64,000 nt of DNA from a virus (lineage: Duplodnaviria; Caudoviricetes), in the IMG/VR virus record IMGVR_UViG_3300006467_000491, positions 6,728-70,727 of that record. One strand, given 5' to 3'. Of this stretch, positions 30,660 to 40,272 are shown one piece after another (within the stretch, counting starts at the first letter, position 1; each line of letters starts with the position of its first letter). Made by a program: the position numbers and the translations under genes. Under the pieces are notes generated by a model. That model was not told the DNA's origin and did no database searches. It worked only from the letters and a program-made list of their open reading frames with translations.

Positions 30660-30669
30660 AGTTTTCTCC

Positions 30670-31026
30670 TCATGTCACCCGGTCAACAATCGTTACGGGG
30701 ATTGACCGTCTCGCGGTGTGCCCGCTGGCTGTCGCGTTGATTTCGATCGTGTACTCCAGCGACAGGTCCAGATCGACCGACGCCGGCATCTTCCCCTGAT
30801 ACTTGCCGTTGCTGCCAGTCACGTAGTCCATCGACGCCGGGCCGTACACCGTCGCGTTCACCGCTCCGGATGGAGTTGTCAGCGCCCCGGTTGTTGAAAC
30901 CAGTGAGTACCCTGAATACAGCGTGAAAGTGACAGTCCCATCATTAACGTACGCACCGTCCGACGAATCGCTGAGCCATGTCCACTCAATGAGAGTGTCA
31001 TTCTTTCGGTAGATTTTGTGGCTCAT
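30670..31026 (-). CDS. Small beta-rich (Ig-like) structural protein
   Basis: 118 aa, Thr/Ser/Val-rich, within the tail cluster. Confidence 0.45.
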   Translation of the reverse strand: MSHKIYRKNDTLIEWTWLSDSSDGAYVNDGTVTFTLYSGYSLVSTTGALTTPSGAVNATVYGPASMDYVTGSNGKYQGKMPASVDLDLSLEYTIEINATASGHTARRSIPVTIVDRVT

Positions 31027-31037
31027 TGGACGATGTC

Positions 31038-31298
31038 CTACGGGTTCACTTCAACTGAACCAGACAGGTAGCTCTCGATCTGCACGTCTCCGGACAGGAA
31101 AACACACGTCGCCAGTGATCCGTGCATGAAGTCCGGTTCGTTACCCCTCACGAATGAACCATAACGCACACCAACGTACGACGAAAACGTCAGGATCTGG
31201 GTCAGCCCCACTTCACCGCCGCGAGTCGCCTCGTCTTTCGCCGAGAATGAGTACCCGGCACCCATTACGCCATTCGGTGAGCGTGCGGTTATGCTCAC
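31038..31298 (-). CDS. Hypothetical structural protein
   Basis: 86 aa, coupled to neighbouring genes. Confidence 0.45.
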   Translation of the reverse strand: MSITARSPNGVMGAGYSFSAKDEATRGGEVGLTQILTFSSYVGVRYGSFVRGNEPDFMHGSLATCVFLSGDVQIESYLSGSVEVNP

Positions 31299-32590
31299 AA
31301 GATGATCCCCGTATCGTTGTTCGACGGCGCGTCGGTCATTGCTGTCACAGTGAACTGTCCGATACCGCCCACTGCTTCATAATCACTGATGTCTGTCGCC
31401 TGACCAGCCAGAACCCCTGATGTCCAGACGACAATTCGGCCATTGTAGTGATCGCCAGTCGCTTCCGTGATGTCATCCGCCTGAAACTCGGTCGTTGTCG
31501 GGGTGTGCGTATTTGTCGCAGTGTCGACGGTGAACGGGATGATCTGGCCGGCGGACAGAGCCAACCGTGCGGCGGCCGTTGCTCCAAGAGTGTCCGTGAT
31601 GACCTTGATGGCGTCAATCAGGAGGTCCAGCCGTCCTCCGTCAGTCAGGTCTCCCTGTATCTCACTGGTGTCAGTCTCAATCGCGTCGATGCTCGACTGT
31701 GTGGCCGAAAGCAAGTTCACCCCGTCCGCACCTGTGATAATGTCCAGATCTGACTGTGCGGTGTCCAGCTTCGTTTCGTTGGTATCGCCCTGAGTTGTCA
31801 GTTCGTCAAAAATCAGGTCCAGCCGTCCGCCATTCGCTAAATCCTGCTGCATTTCATCCGTATCAGCCACGATTGCAGCCAATTGCGTGCTATTGCTGTC
31901 GATTTCTAACCTGATGGCCGCTGCCGTCGGAGCACTGCCACCCACCGCAGCAAGGATGTCGATCGTGTCACCAACCGCCATAGTAAAAATGCCAGGATCA
32001 GCAGACAGTGTCACCGTCTTACTTGACCCCGTGTAATCACTGATGGTTCCTACGGCCTTCTGTGTGCTGGTCGACTGATCGGTCACGATGGCAATTGCAC
32101 CGTTGTACGCATCGTCATCTGCTGAACCGGCCGTGAGCGTGAACGATGTCTGAGACGCGAGTGTGGCGATCGTCGTAGCCTGCAGCAGTTGCGGAGAAGA
32201 CCCGGAGGTTGCCTCGACCTGCATGTATCCGGTGTCCTTGGCCTCATACAGTGAGTCGTAAGCCGCTTCAGACAGAACGCGATACACAGCTCGCACAGGC
32301 CGGCAAAGTGATACATCCCAGACTGAAATCGTCAACTGACCCTCAGTGTCTGTATTGCTCGCTGTCAGTGACAAGTTGTAGTAGCCATCCATCCCGACGA
32401 CAGCGGCCCATGTCGATCCGGTAATGTCTACTGGTGAAGCTGAGCCATGCTTTAGCAGTTCAGCCCCATCCACTGACAGGAACGACACCCCAGTCTCGAG
32501 TGTCAGCTCATCTGTTGCATCGACAAATGGCCCCAACACCACGTCAATCGCTGTGTTTGCTCGCAAGTCCTGCATCAGAAACCCCGTCAC
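31295..32590 (-). CDS. Structural protein with duplicated beta modules and a helical stalk
   Basis: 431 aa; DLANGGRLDL/DLTDGGRLDL repeats; two related YNGxI modules. Confidence 0.55.
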   Translation of the reverse strand: MTGFLMQDLRANTAIDVVLGPFVDATDELTLETGVSFLSVDGAELLKHGSASPVDITGSTWAAVVGMDGYYNLSLTASNTDTEGQLTISVWDVSLCRPVRAVYRVLSEAAYDSLYEAKDTGYMQVEATSGSSPQLLQATTIATLASQTSFTLTAGSADDDAYNGAIAIVTDQSTSTQKAVGTISDYTGSSKTVTLSADPGIFTMAVGDTIDILAAVGGSAPTAAAIRLEIDSNSTQLAAIVADTDEMQQDLANGGRLDLIFDELTTQGDTNETKLDTAQSDLDIITGADGVNLLSATQSSIDAIETDTSEIQGDLTDGGRLDLLIDAIKVITDTLGATAAARLALSAGQIIPFTVDTATNTHTPTTTEFQADDITEATGDHYNGRIVVWTSGVLAGQATDISDYEAVGGIGQFTVTAMTDAPSNNDTGIIL

Positions 32591-33141
32591 ACAATCTTGA
32601 AGATATCGCCGCTCGACGGCGCGGTCGTGAGTTCGCCGAACGTCAGGAGCGGCAACGCTGCCGCGCTGCTGACACTGATCGTCGTGATCTGGCCGCGAAG
32701 TGCAGCCGTCGTGGTCTGATTATCAAACACGATGATTCGATTGATCAACTGATTCGCCGCCGATGCCTCCGTGGACATGTACGAAGGAGTGAACTGCGTT
32801 GTGCTCGGGGTTGTCGCCGCACCGACCGTCCCGCTGATGAATGTGCGGTTTTGGGCTTCGAACACTTCGTCAACGCGGGACATCCCGGCCCGTAGGATTC
32901 CATCGTACACCAGCGAGGCAGCCGACTCTGACGCCCCGCTGTAAATCGCCACGTCGTAATTCACGTTTTCAGCTCGGGGTTCGGCCAACGTGAAAGACCA
33001 CAATGACGTTGAACCACTTTCCGTGATGGTGTCGCCACCAGTGTTCAGCAACGCGCCAGTTGTGGGGTGCCGCAGGAACGCCGTGAACGTGCCTGCATCA
33101 CCTGAAATGTCTGGGAATCGGACGTAGATGGTTTCGCTCAT
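32587..33141 (-). CDS. Structural protein whose C-domain is paralogous to that of the downstream gene
   Basis: 184 aa; PSTTQF...LRGQITTI...TAPSSGDIFKIV. Confidence 0.55.
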   Translation of the reverse strand: MSETIYVRFPDISGDAGTFTAFLRHPTTGALLNTGGDTITESGSTSLWSFTLAEPRAENVNYDVAIYSGASESAASLVYDGILRAGMSRVDEVFEAQNRTFISGTVGAATTPSTTQFTPSYMSTEASAANQLINRIIVFDNQTTTAALRGQITTISVSSAAALPLLTFGELTTAPSSGDIFKIV

Positions 33142-33947
33142 GCCAGTAACCCCAGTCCTCGCAAGGCCGAAACGACCTGGCGAATCGTGTATCCGTCAAA
33201 CGTGCTATCATCCGTAACGGCTACGCCAGAGTTCGCCGTGAATGTCGATTCTGCGTACCCTGTTGTTGGCTGCGCGATTGCTGTCGTTCCGTAGAACCCG
33301 ATTTTGTTGCCAGACACTCCGAGATGAATATCCCGCAGCGTCCCGGCCCCCGAGTTGTAAGTCCCGATCGTGAACACGTTCGAGATGAAACCAACATTCG
33401 CCCGTTCGTAGTTCGAGGCACTCGTGTAGGTGTTGTAGATCCGATGGGTGTGCGGCTGGGTTCCAACGCGAGACGCGATCACACCGGCCGCTCCGTCGCG
33501 AACCATCCCTGTCTCGAGCGTGCTTGTTCCATTGGCCGCGCCGGCCGATGTCCATCCATACGATCCGCTGGCCCACATTGTCGCGTTGAATGTTGACGTG
33601 AGCGCCCAGCTCCCAGACCCCATCACGATCCGACCCTCAGCGTCGATAGCTGTAACAACTGCGGCCGAGGTGTTCCGGAAGACAACCTGATTGACCGTCT
33701 GACTGGAGTACGGTGTAACGTCCAACTGGAAGGTGTCAGAAACGCCGGTCAGTGTGATCTGGGTGTCAGTGCCGAGGATCGCATTCGTTTGCGCAGCAGT
33801 CAGCTCTTCCGCTTCACCGGAACCGACTGTTGTGCGACCCAGAATGCGATCAGTTGGGATCGGGTATATCTGGGCGGTCTTGATAATCTTCGAGCCCATG
33901 GCTTTCGCGGCCTTCCTTGTCCCGTCACAAAATACCAATCGCCACAA
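33138..33947 (-). CDS. Tail fibre-like protein
   Basis: 269 aa; ILGRTTVGSGEAEELTAAQ and KIGFYGTTAIAQP fibre motifs. Confidence 0.55.
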   Translation of the reverse strand: MWRLVFCDGTRKAAKAMGSKIIKTAQIYPIPTDRILGRTTVGSGEAEELTAAQTNAILGTDTQITLTGVSDTFQLDVTPYSSQTVNQVVFRNTSAAVVTAIDAEGRIVMGSGSWALTSTFNATMWASGSYGWTSAGAANGTSTLETGMVRDGAAGVIASRVGTQPHTHRIYNTYTSASNYERANVGFISNVFTIGTYNSGAGTLRDIHLGVSGNKIGFYGTTAIAQPTTGYAESTFTANSGVAVTDDSTFDGYTIRQVVSALRGLGLLA

Positions 33948-36603
33948 GTGGCCCCGGCACTAACTCTGCCCCACCAGCCGCAGGCACCGCATCCACAGCC
34001 CCCGCAACGTAAGTCCCCGACCGTGCGTTGCCGTAGTAGTCTTCCGGCACTGCTCCCATTTCGGTCGGCGCTGAGAACAAGATGTCCGAATCGTCCGTGT
34101 CGTCAGGACGGTATGTACTGGCGTTGTAACTGATTGACTTACTCAGATTGCCCGTCCCGATGTTCGGGGATGCTCGGGCATTGAACGTGGCCCAGTCGTC
34201 CCGAGTCGCACTGCCATTCACACGCACGTCATCATCGGATGTTGCTGGTGGCGATACCGTGTTTTCCAGCAACGGTGTCGCGCTGTCGTCCGTCACTACA
34301 AGCGTTTCGGTTTTGCTCGTGTACTCCAGCAACAGGCAGTTCTTCAGCCCGCAACCGCTGTATTCGTCGCGGACCTGCACATGTGCCGCTGCCGTGTTTC
34401 GCTCAATGACAGTGCAATGCACAAGATAATCGTTGACCGCTGGATATGAGGCCGCGAGACCACCAATCCTGACATCGCCGAGAATGATGCAGTTTCGAAC
34501 CCTGACGTTTTCTGACTCTTGATTAGTTCCGCCGATCTTGAGTGCAATTTGCCCTGATGTCAGCGAAGAATCCAGCCCTATGGTGAGTCGTTCCACAATC
34601 GCCAACATCGGACCCTCTGCATGCACTCCTGAAGTGTGCCCAATCTGCATCGCCGTTGTGCTGGTGTTAGTCGCCGCTGATGTCGCCGTCACGCTCGCAT
34701 CCGATGACCCCTCACCGTCGATGTAAAGCCCGCTGCCACCCGTGTACGACAACGCCGTTTTTCCGTCTGGCGTGTTCGCGTATTCCAGTTTTGGCTTTAC
34801 GAATGTCGGGTCTGTTCCCTCACCTCTCGCCGGCCTTTGGTCCCCGGCGAACAACAGTGATTGAGCACCGAGAAACACCAGGTAGTCACCATCGAACCAA
34901 ATGTCATTGGTGGCAGTGTGACCGTTGGTTGTGACGTCCTGAGACACCATGTGAGACGACGTTGAATCGCCCACGAAATGGCAACAGTCCACGTGATTGC
35001 CAGTGCAGTCGAGCAACCAGCTATCCGTTTTCGTACCAGCTCGAATGTCGAGCAACCGAACAGCACCGCCGACCGATGATGCTGACACGTTGCAATCCCG
35101 CAGGCCAATACCACCACCCTCGACAATCGCGCCGACTGACGTGCTGACGTTGAACTTCGTACCCGCGACAGTTGAGCGAACGATGACGTTGCTGGCACCT
35201 GAACCACCGGGAGTATCAGCCCAAGCGTGCGTTTTGCTCGCTGTGCACTGAATCTCTAAATCCGTTTCCGTCTCACCGCCCAGACAATTAGCTATTGTGT
35301 CGTATGGATCGCCCGAATCTGTGGGGTCTGTAGGTGATGCTGAACCGTCGTCAGGATCGACAAACACGACTCGCCGCGTATTCGGTGTCACTCGGACAGT
35401 TCGCGTAGCACTCGCTGACAAACCCGCTGAATTCGTGATCGTGCAGGTGACTGTGTAATCGGTGTTCTCGCCGGGTTCTGTGTCGTAAATGTGCCCGCCA
35501 GAAAACCCCCTGTGCTCATTGTAGTCGCTGCCCGTGTCGCCAAAATCCCATTCGACTTTTGCATCACACCACGCACCCGATCCGATAAACGAACCAGAAC
35601 GGCAGGACATCACAACGCCCCACGGTCCCATCACCGAATAGGTTCCACTCGTTTCCCCGTCAGGGTCAGCAATCACCACCAGCGGATCGCCCGTTGCTGT
35701 CACACTGATTTCGTTGCTGTTGGCTGTGTCGCTGCCGTCGTCGTACTCCAACACGTAATAGTAGGTTGTGTCTTCGGTCAACCCCGTGTCAGCCAACGTC
35801 AGGCTTGTCGCGCCACTAACCACGTTCCCTGGTCCCGGCGTGAATCCAGAACTGGTGTCTCGATGCCATTGGTACGTATAGCTTCCACTGCCGCCGGTTG
35901 CGTCCGTCGCGGAAACACTGGCTGTAGTCGCCGTCCTGTCAGTGACAGATGCCGTTCCCGCTGTCAATGGTCCGTTGTGCACAGCCAGGATGACGCCAGC
36001 GACCTGGCACCCCGCCTCCGCTGTTGATATCGAACTTTCCACCGTTGTGGACGCAGCAATACCCGTCTTGTCGGCAATCTTGCACCACTGCAAAGCTGCC
36101 GGGCTGTGGACTCCCGTGTACTCGCTGAATGAGTTGCTATAGCTCGGACTGCCGTATGACGACTCATCTTCGCCGAGCCACATCGCAATGCCGAGCGTGT
36201 TGCCCTGGTCCGTCGCCGCTGTTGTCCCTGTCGTCTGCGATGTCGTGTCGCCCGAAGACTCCGCCGTGGCTGTCACGTCAATCGCGTCAGCGTCATCAAT
36301 CCCCCCGTACTCAGCAACCGCCATGCAGGCCTTTCGGCTGCCCGTCCACGTGATTGTGATTGTGGCAGACTCACCAGCACCCGCGACCTTGTAGGCGAAC
36401 ACGCCATATGCCGCACTATTGCTCGTCGGTGTCAGAACAGCCGTCCAACCAGATGGCAACGTAATCGTTCCTGGGCTGAACAAGCATGACACAACAGCCA
36501 CCAACAAGTTGCCCTCTGTTGGCGCTGCGTCCAGCGTCACTTCAGCCTGTCCGACATTGGAAGACTCGCTGTTGTACGTCTTGGTTTGGACTCGTGCTGC
36601 CAT
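33925..36603 (-). CDS. Multidomain tail spike (beta-sandwich + Fn3 + PKD + beta-helix-like)
   Basis: Fn3-like YTYQWHR...GLTEDTTYYYVL; PKD-like EWDFGD...HIY...YTVTCTIT; repetitive beta-helix-like C-half. Confidence 0.65.
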   Translation of the reverse strand: MAARVQTKTYNSESSNVGQAEVTLDAAPTEGNLLVAVVSCLFSPGTITLPSGWTAVLTPTSNSAAYGVFAYKVAGAGESATITITWTGSRKACMAVAEYGGIDDADAIDVTATAESSGDTTSQTTGTTAATDQGNTLGIAMWLGEDESSYGSPSYSNSFSEYTGVHSPAALQWCKIADKTGIAASTTVESSISTAEAGCQVAGVILAVHNGPLTAGTASVTDRTATTASVSATDATGGSGSYTYQWHRDTSSGFTPGPGNVVSGATSLTLADTGLTEDTTYYYVLEYDDGSDTANSNEISVTATGDPLVVIADPDGETSGTYSVMGPWGVVMSCRSGSFIGSGAWCDAKVEWDFGDTGSDYNEHRGFSGGHIYDTEPGENTDYTVTCTITNSAGLSASATRTVRVTPNTRRVVFVDPDDGSASPTDPTDSGDPYDTIANCLGGETETDLEIQCTASKTHAWADTPGGSGASNVIVRSTVAGTKFNVSTSVGAIVEGGGIGLRDCNVSASSVGGAVRLLDIRAGTKTDSWLLDCTGNHVDCCHFVGDSTSSHMVSQDVTTNGHTATNDIWFDGDYLVFLGAQSLLFAGDQRPARGEGTDPTFVKPKLEYANTPDGKTALSYTGGSGLYIDGEGSSDASVTATSAATNTSTTAMQIGHTSGVHAEGPMLAIVERLTIGLDSSLTSGQIALKIGGTNQESENVRVRNCIILGDVRIGGLAASYPAVNDYLVHCTVIERNTAAAHVQVRDEYSGCGLKNCLLLEYTSKTETLVVTDDSATPLLENTVSPPATSDDDVRVNGSATRDDWATFNARASPNIGTGNLSKSISYNASTYRPDDTDDSDILFSAPTEMGAVPEDYYGNARSGTYVAGAVDAVPAAGGAELVPGPLVAIGIL

Positions 36604-36807
36604 CTATTTCCGCCCCGACAGTTTCTCTTTAAGGTTCCCGAGTCTCTCAACACCCAACGCACCAATGATCAACGCCACAAACGTCCCGAGCGATTTCATC
36701 TCCGTCTCGTCGAAGTCATTCGCGAACAACCACAGCGAAAAGCACAACGCCGTCATTAGAACGGTGAAACGTAGTAGCCCGTAGATGGGGTGCGTTGGGT
36801 TATTCAT
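36604..36807 (-). CDS. Holin-like 2-TM protein
   Basis: 67 aa from ATG 36807; two hydrophobic segments and a basic tail KEKLSGRK. Confidence 0.55.
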   Translation of the reverse strand: MNNPTHPIYGLLRFTVLMTALCFSLWLFANDFDETEMKSLGTFVALIIGALGVERLGNLKEKLSGRK

Positions 36808-37165
36808 TTTCAACCTTTCGGCAAGACACCATTGCTGCAACCGTCGCCCAACTGATCACGGCAGTAAGGCCGCTCCAGATTGCGAACAGGTGATACGCCG
36901 GCCATTGAAACACGATCACATGCTCCAGATGCCCAAGGCCACATGACGTAATAAACCCCGCGAACAGGCACCGACACAATAAGCTGCGGTACATCTGCGA
37001 CCAGGAAACGTCCACGACGAACATGGCGAGAGGAATTGCAACATAGGCTCCCGTGATTGCAAGGTTTGACCACTGATACAGCAGCCTCAGCGCTGTGTGC
37101 CAGTCGCCACAATGCCCACGGGGCAGAAATCGCGTTGCGTCGAAAATCAAGTCCACTGACGTCAC
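36800..37165 (-). CDS. Stand-alone ethylene-receptor-type (ETR1-like) 3-TM sensor domain
   Basis: GTG 37165 overlaps the upstream TGA. FLPRGHCGDW, SNLAITGAYVAIP, LFAGFITSCGLGHL (CxxxH), PAYHL and LTAVIS match the ethylene-binding domain. Confidence 0.8.
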   Translation of the reverse strand: MTSVDLIFDATRFLPRGHCGDWHTALRLLYQWSNLAITGAYVAIPLAMFVVDVSWSQMYRSLLCRCLFAGFITSCGLGHLEHVIVFQWPAYHLFAIWSGLTAVISWATVAAMVSCRKVENE

Positions 37166-37584
37166 CCTGTTACAAGCAATCCTGTTGCCCACATCACGCC
37201 CGCGATTCCCGACATAAGCAGAACCAACCGCCAAATACTGTCTGATCGTTTCGTCGAAGCCGCCTTGACGTGACAGCATGCCGCTACGATTCCCGGTATT
37301 TGCCGAAAGAATATGTTGAACGTCGGACCCCATGTCATGAACCATTGTGTTGTGGGAAGGTCCAGAGCGTCCGATGTCCATGCAAGCTGCCAAAATATGT
37401 TGTCTAACGCAGCACCCATGAACGAGATGAACACTCCCACAACAAACCATTCCGTGTCTTGCTTGTCACGTACCTTTATGGCGTTGTGTGCCGCCCGCAT
37501 CCACGTCTGGCAGACCAAAATCGCGAGAGCGATCGTCGGCAACGTGAGAGCGATGGACACCAACGCGAGCCCCTGTGGGATCAT
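37162..37584 (-). CDS. Uncharacterised 4-TM membrane protein
   Basis: Start at ATG 37584 (GAGGG RBS); four hydrophobic segments; ALDNIFW and NIFFRQ...AACCH motifs. Confidence 0.6.
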   Translation of the reverse strand: MIPQGLALVSIALTLPTIALAILVCQTWMRAAHNAIKVRDKQDTEWFVVGVFISFMGAALDNIFWQLAWTSDALDLPTTQWFMTWGPTFNIFFRQIPGIVAACCHVKAASTKRSDSIWRLVLLMSGIAGVMWATGLLVTG

Positions 37585-37909
37585 TAGTTTTACCCTCATA
37601 CGCAGAATGCACTATCGACAGAACATCCTCATGCAATGCCGTCAGCCGATCCGCGACCTCGTTTCGTTCGTCCATGCGCCCCCGGAGTTCCATCACCTGG
37701 CCCGTCAGCGAGATAAACTTTTCGTTGGTTTGCGCGTGGCCCTTTTCGCATGCGTTCAGCTTCTCCTCCGTTTTGCTGGCTTGCTTTTGAAAGTAAGACC
37801 AGAAGACCTTGAGAGCCCCGACAAGACCAATAATTGCCGACGTGAACGCCGCCAGAATATAAGGTTGCCCGGACGTCTCGACAGTGTCGGCTAGAGTCAG
37901 CAAATCCAT
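37466..37909 (-). CDS. Single-TM + coiled-coil protein
   Basis: YILAAFTSAIIGLVGALKVFW TM followed by a heptad region; the last ~40 codons overlap the next gene. Confidence 0.55.
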   Translation of the reverse strand: MDLLTLADTVETSGQPYILAAFTSAIIGLVGALKVFWSYFQKQASKTEEKLNACEKGHAQTNEKFISLTGQVMELRGRMDERNEVADRLTALHEDVLSIVHSAYEGKTNDPTGARVGVHRSHVADDRSRDFGLPDVDAGGTQRHKGT

Positions 37910-38020
37910 GATTGAAATTCTCCGGCCAACCGGCCGGCTGGGTGGTTCAAGGTTTGGTGATTCCGGGATTGAGCAACAACAACTTGATCACGTTGTTCCA
38001 AAATAGTGAATACTGTTTTA

Positions 38021-38410
38021 TCACCTCACGTACAGAACGACAGTCCCGGCCTTCGTATCCCCGGCACTCGCAACCGTCAGCGTCAACACGCCATCCACGA
38101 ACATCGGGATCACGCTGGTGGTTGTGCCGTCAGTAAGCGGGGTTCCGGGACAAGTGTTCAATGACGAACTGTTCGACAAATTGGCCCCAAGCCCTGCCAG
38201 CACGTCCACACTATTCGGGTCAGTCAACGTAATGTCATACAGGTTAGTTGGCGCCGCTGTTGCCGATGGGATAAACACCACCCGGATGATGACCCCGCTG
38301 ACAGCCTGTGGTGAGACCACACTGGCGTCGCCACTTCCGTCGCTTTCCCACTCGATCGTGTGTCTCACGATATCCGTGCCGTTCACCCGATAAGCTGTAT
38401 CCCATCCCAT
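38021..38410 (-). CDS. Small beta-rich structural protein
   Basis: 129 aa within the late operon. Confidence 0.55.
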   Translation of the reverse strand: MGWDTAYRVNGTDIVRHTIEWESDGSGDASVVSPQAVSGVIIRVVFIPSATAAPTNLYDITLTDPNSVDVLAGLGANLSNSSSLNTCPGTPLTDGTTTSVIPMFVDGVLTLTVASAGDTKAGTVVLYVR

Positions 38411-38485
38411 GAGGCTGATTCCTTAAAAGATAAAGCCGCCGAGGTGACGAGACACACGACGGCCCTGAGTGACTGAGCGAGTGAA

Positions 38486-38710
38486 TCAGCTGGTTGTCGC
38501 AGCATCGAAGTTGCACGACGCCTTTGTTCCAACATTGATGTAAATCGTGTTGTCCAGTGTTGTGCCGTCAGTCTTGATGAACAGACAACCAGGTGCGTAC
38601 CCGATTGTCGCATCGGTCGGCACGGTCGTCCCGTACGCGATCAGAATGCCGACGTTCGGGTCTTTCGCGATCTGGCCAAGGCCATCGTGAATGTTGACTG
38701 CGTGTGACAT
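38486..38710 (-). CDS. Small structural/decoration-like protein
   Basis: 74 aa; GYAPGCLFIKTDG...IYINVG motif seen in phage decoration proteins. Confidence 0.5.
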   Translation of the reverse strand: MSHAVNIHDGLGQIAKDPNVGILIAYGTTVPTDATIGYAPGCLFIKTDGTTLDNTIYINVGTKASCNFDAATTS

Positions 38711-38797
38711 GATTACCTCAGCTTTCGAAACGGTTCACAACGGTGGTGCCTTGTACGTGGCACTCTTTCAGGATCAATCCAACGCTCTCGTTGTGCC

Positions 38798-39805
38798 TTA
38801 CGACACGTTCTCATTGTACGTGGTGTCTCCGAGACCAACGTGCATCACTCGCGGCCCCAGTCGAGACCATTTCGCGCGATTACTGCTGTTGTCCAGATTC
38901 TGGCCCAGCAGGCCGGGATTGCTCACTCGCCGATCGTAGGAAACCGCCGCCTGGAGCTTCGCCCGAAACAGTTGGTTGTGAACGCCGGCCTCGCCTTTGA
39001 ACTCCACTTCAGCCGCCGCTAATACCGCTTCGCGCAGACACTCGGAAAGCGGCAACCCACCCATCGGATACGGCAGGGACGATGTCAGTCGGTACGGGTT
39101 CCAGACATAGAACCCCGTGATCGTGTAAACGGCATCCGGATACGGCCAGACCGTTATTTGCCATTTCTGGTCTGCGGCGCCAGTCTGGTCTTTCGCGAAG
39201 ATCGCGTACCGTGCTGGCTGAGAAGCGAAGTCAGCCACACCGCTCTTCTGGAGCTGCAGAAGCTCCTCTTTGCTGCCCCGCTCCAGAATGTATCCCAGCG
39301 ATGTGTTCGTCTGGTTCAAATACAGATCACCGCGAAACCCGCCGAACAGATCCGGCAGTGTGTAGTCGATCTGCTGCAGCGTATAGACACTCCCGGCCGC
39401 GGCAGTGACCGTTGTGTCTTCCAGTGTCAACTGCGTGTCGCTGTCACGTGAACTGACCGCATAGCCGATTCCGCCAACAACAAACTCGCCGTCTGCTGCC
39501 CAACTGGGGAAAACTGTCCCGTCACCAGTCACTACACCGCTCGCGACAGTGCATGTCCCGGTCGCGTACGGCTGATTGAGCGTGAAGGATAGCAGTTTTG
39601 GCTGCATGAAGGACCAGATATGGACCTCCGCGTCACCCGGGATCAGCTCTGGCTCGTAAACCCACCGACACCCGATATCCACGACCATATCAACGCGGGT
39701 CGCGAAATCGGAATCCCACGACGTGGTGTCAATGCCAAGGCCAAGGAGGTTTCCCACTGCCTTCCGCAAATCATCACGAGTGAGTGTCAGCGTCGATTCG
39801 GCCAC
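38798..39805 (-). CDS. Head-tail adaptor (P22 gp4/T7 gp11-like) with an inserted beta domain
   Basis: LTRDDLRKAV N-terminal helix, WPYPDAVYTI, ECLREAVLAAAE; position after the capsid genes. Confidence 0.65.
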   Translation of the reverse strand: MAESTLTLTRDDLRKAVGNLLGLGIDTTSWDSDFATRVDMVVDIGCRWVYEPELIPGDAEVHIWSFMQPKLLSFTLNQPYATGTCTVASGVVTGDGTVFPSWAADGEFVVGGIGYAVSSRDSDTQLTLEDTTVTAAAGSVYTLQQIDYTLPDLFGGFRGDLYLNQTNTSLGYILERGSKEELLQLQKSGVADFASQPARYAIFAKDQTGAADQKWQITVWPYPDAVYTITGFYVWNPYRLTSSLPYPMGGLPLSECLREAVLAAAEVEFKGEAGVHNQLFRAKLQAAVSYDRRVSNPGLLGQNLDNSSNRAKWSRLGPRVMHVGLGDTTYNENVS

Positions 39806-39808
39806 AGC

Positions 39809-40258
39809 CTACGCTCCAATGACTTGAACTTTGCTCGCCCGGAAGTGACGGACTTCTCCGTCAACCCGAACGTCGATCCAGCTGCCACGGCACTCCATGA
39901 ACTCGCCTTTGACCGTCGAGTTGTCTTTGAGGAGGACGTAGACAGGGGTTTCCTGCACCACTTTTGTCCAGTCGAAACTCGGATCACCTTCGGTCGTGTC
40001 CTCACCGAAGTAATGGCCGAACATGCCGCCCAGTGGGAGGTTTTCGCACGAGAACTGCCGCCCGTCTTCTGTTGTGCTCAACCACGTCAGGGCAACACAG
40101 AGGGCGGTTGTCTTCGAGAGAGTTCCGTTGAGCCCCAGCGCCAAATGCCGCTTGATCACCCACTGATGCAACCGTGCCAATGAATCTGGAAGCTGCCGCG
40201 GTTCAAGCCCGTCCGTAAACAGCACTGCCCGATAGTAACTCGCCGTTGTAGGGTCCAT
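39809..40258 (-). CDS. Hypothetical protein
   Basis: 149 aa with its own RBS after the terminator. Confidence 0.6.
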   Translation of the reverse strand: MDPTTASYYRAVLFTDGLEPRQLPDSLARLHQWVIKRHLALGLNGTLSKTTALCVALTWLSTTEDGRQFSCENLPLGGMFGHYFGEDTTEGDPSFDWTKVVQETPVYVLLKDNSTVKGEFMECRGSWIDVRVDGEVRHFRASKVQVIGA

Positions 40259-40272
40259 CTGTCACCTCAAGA

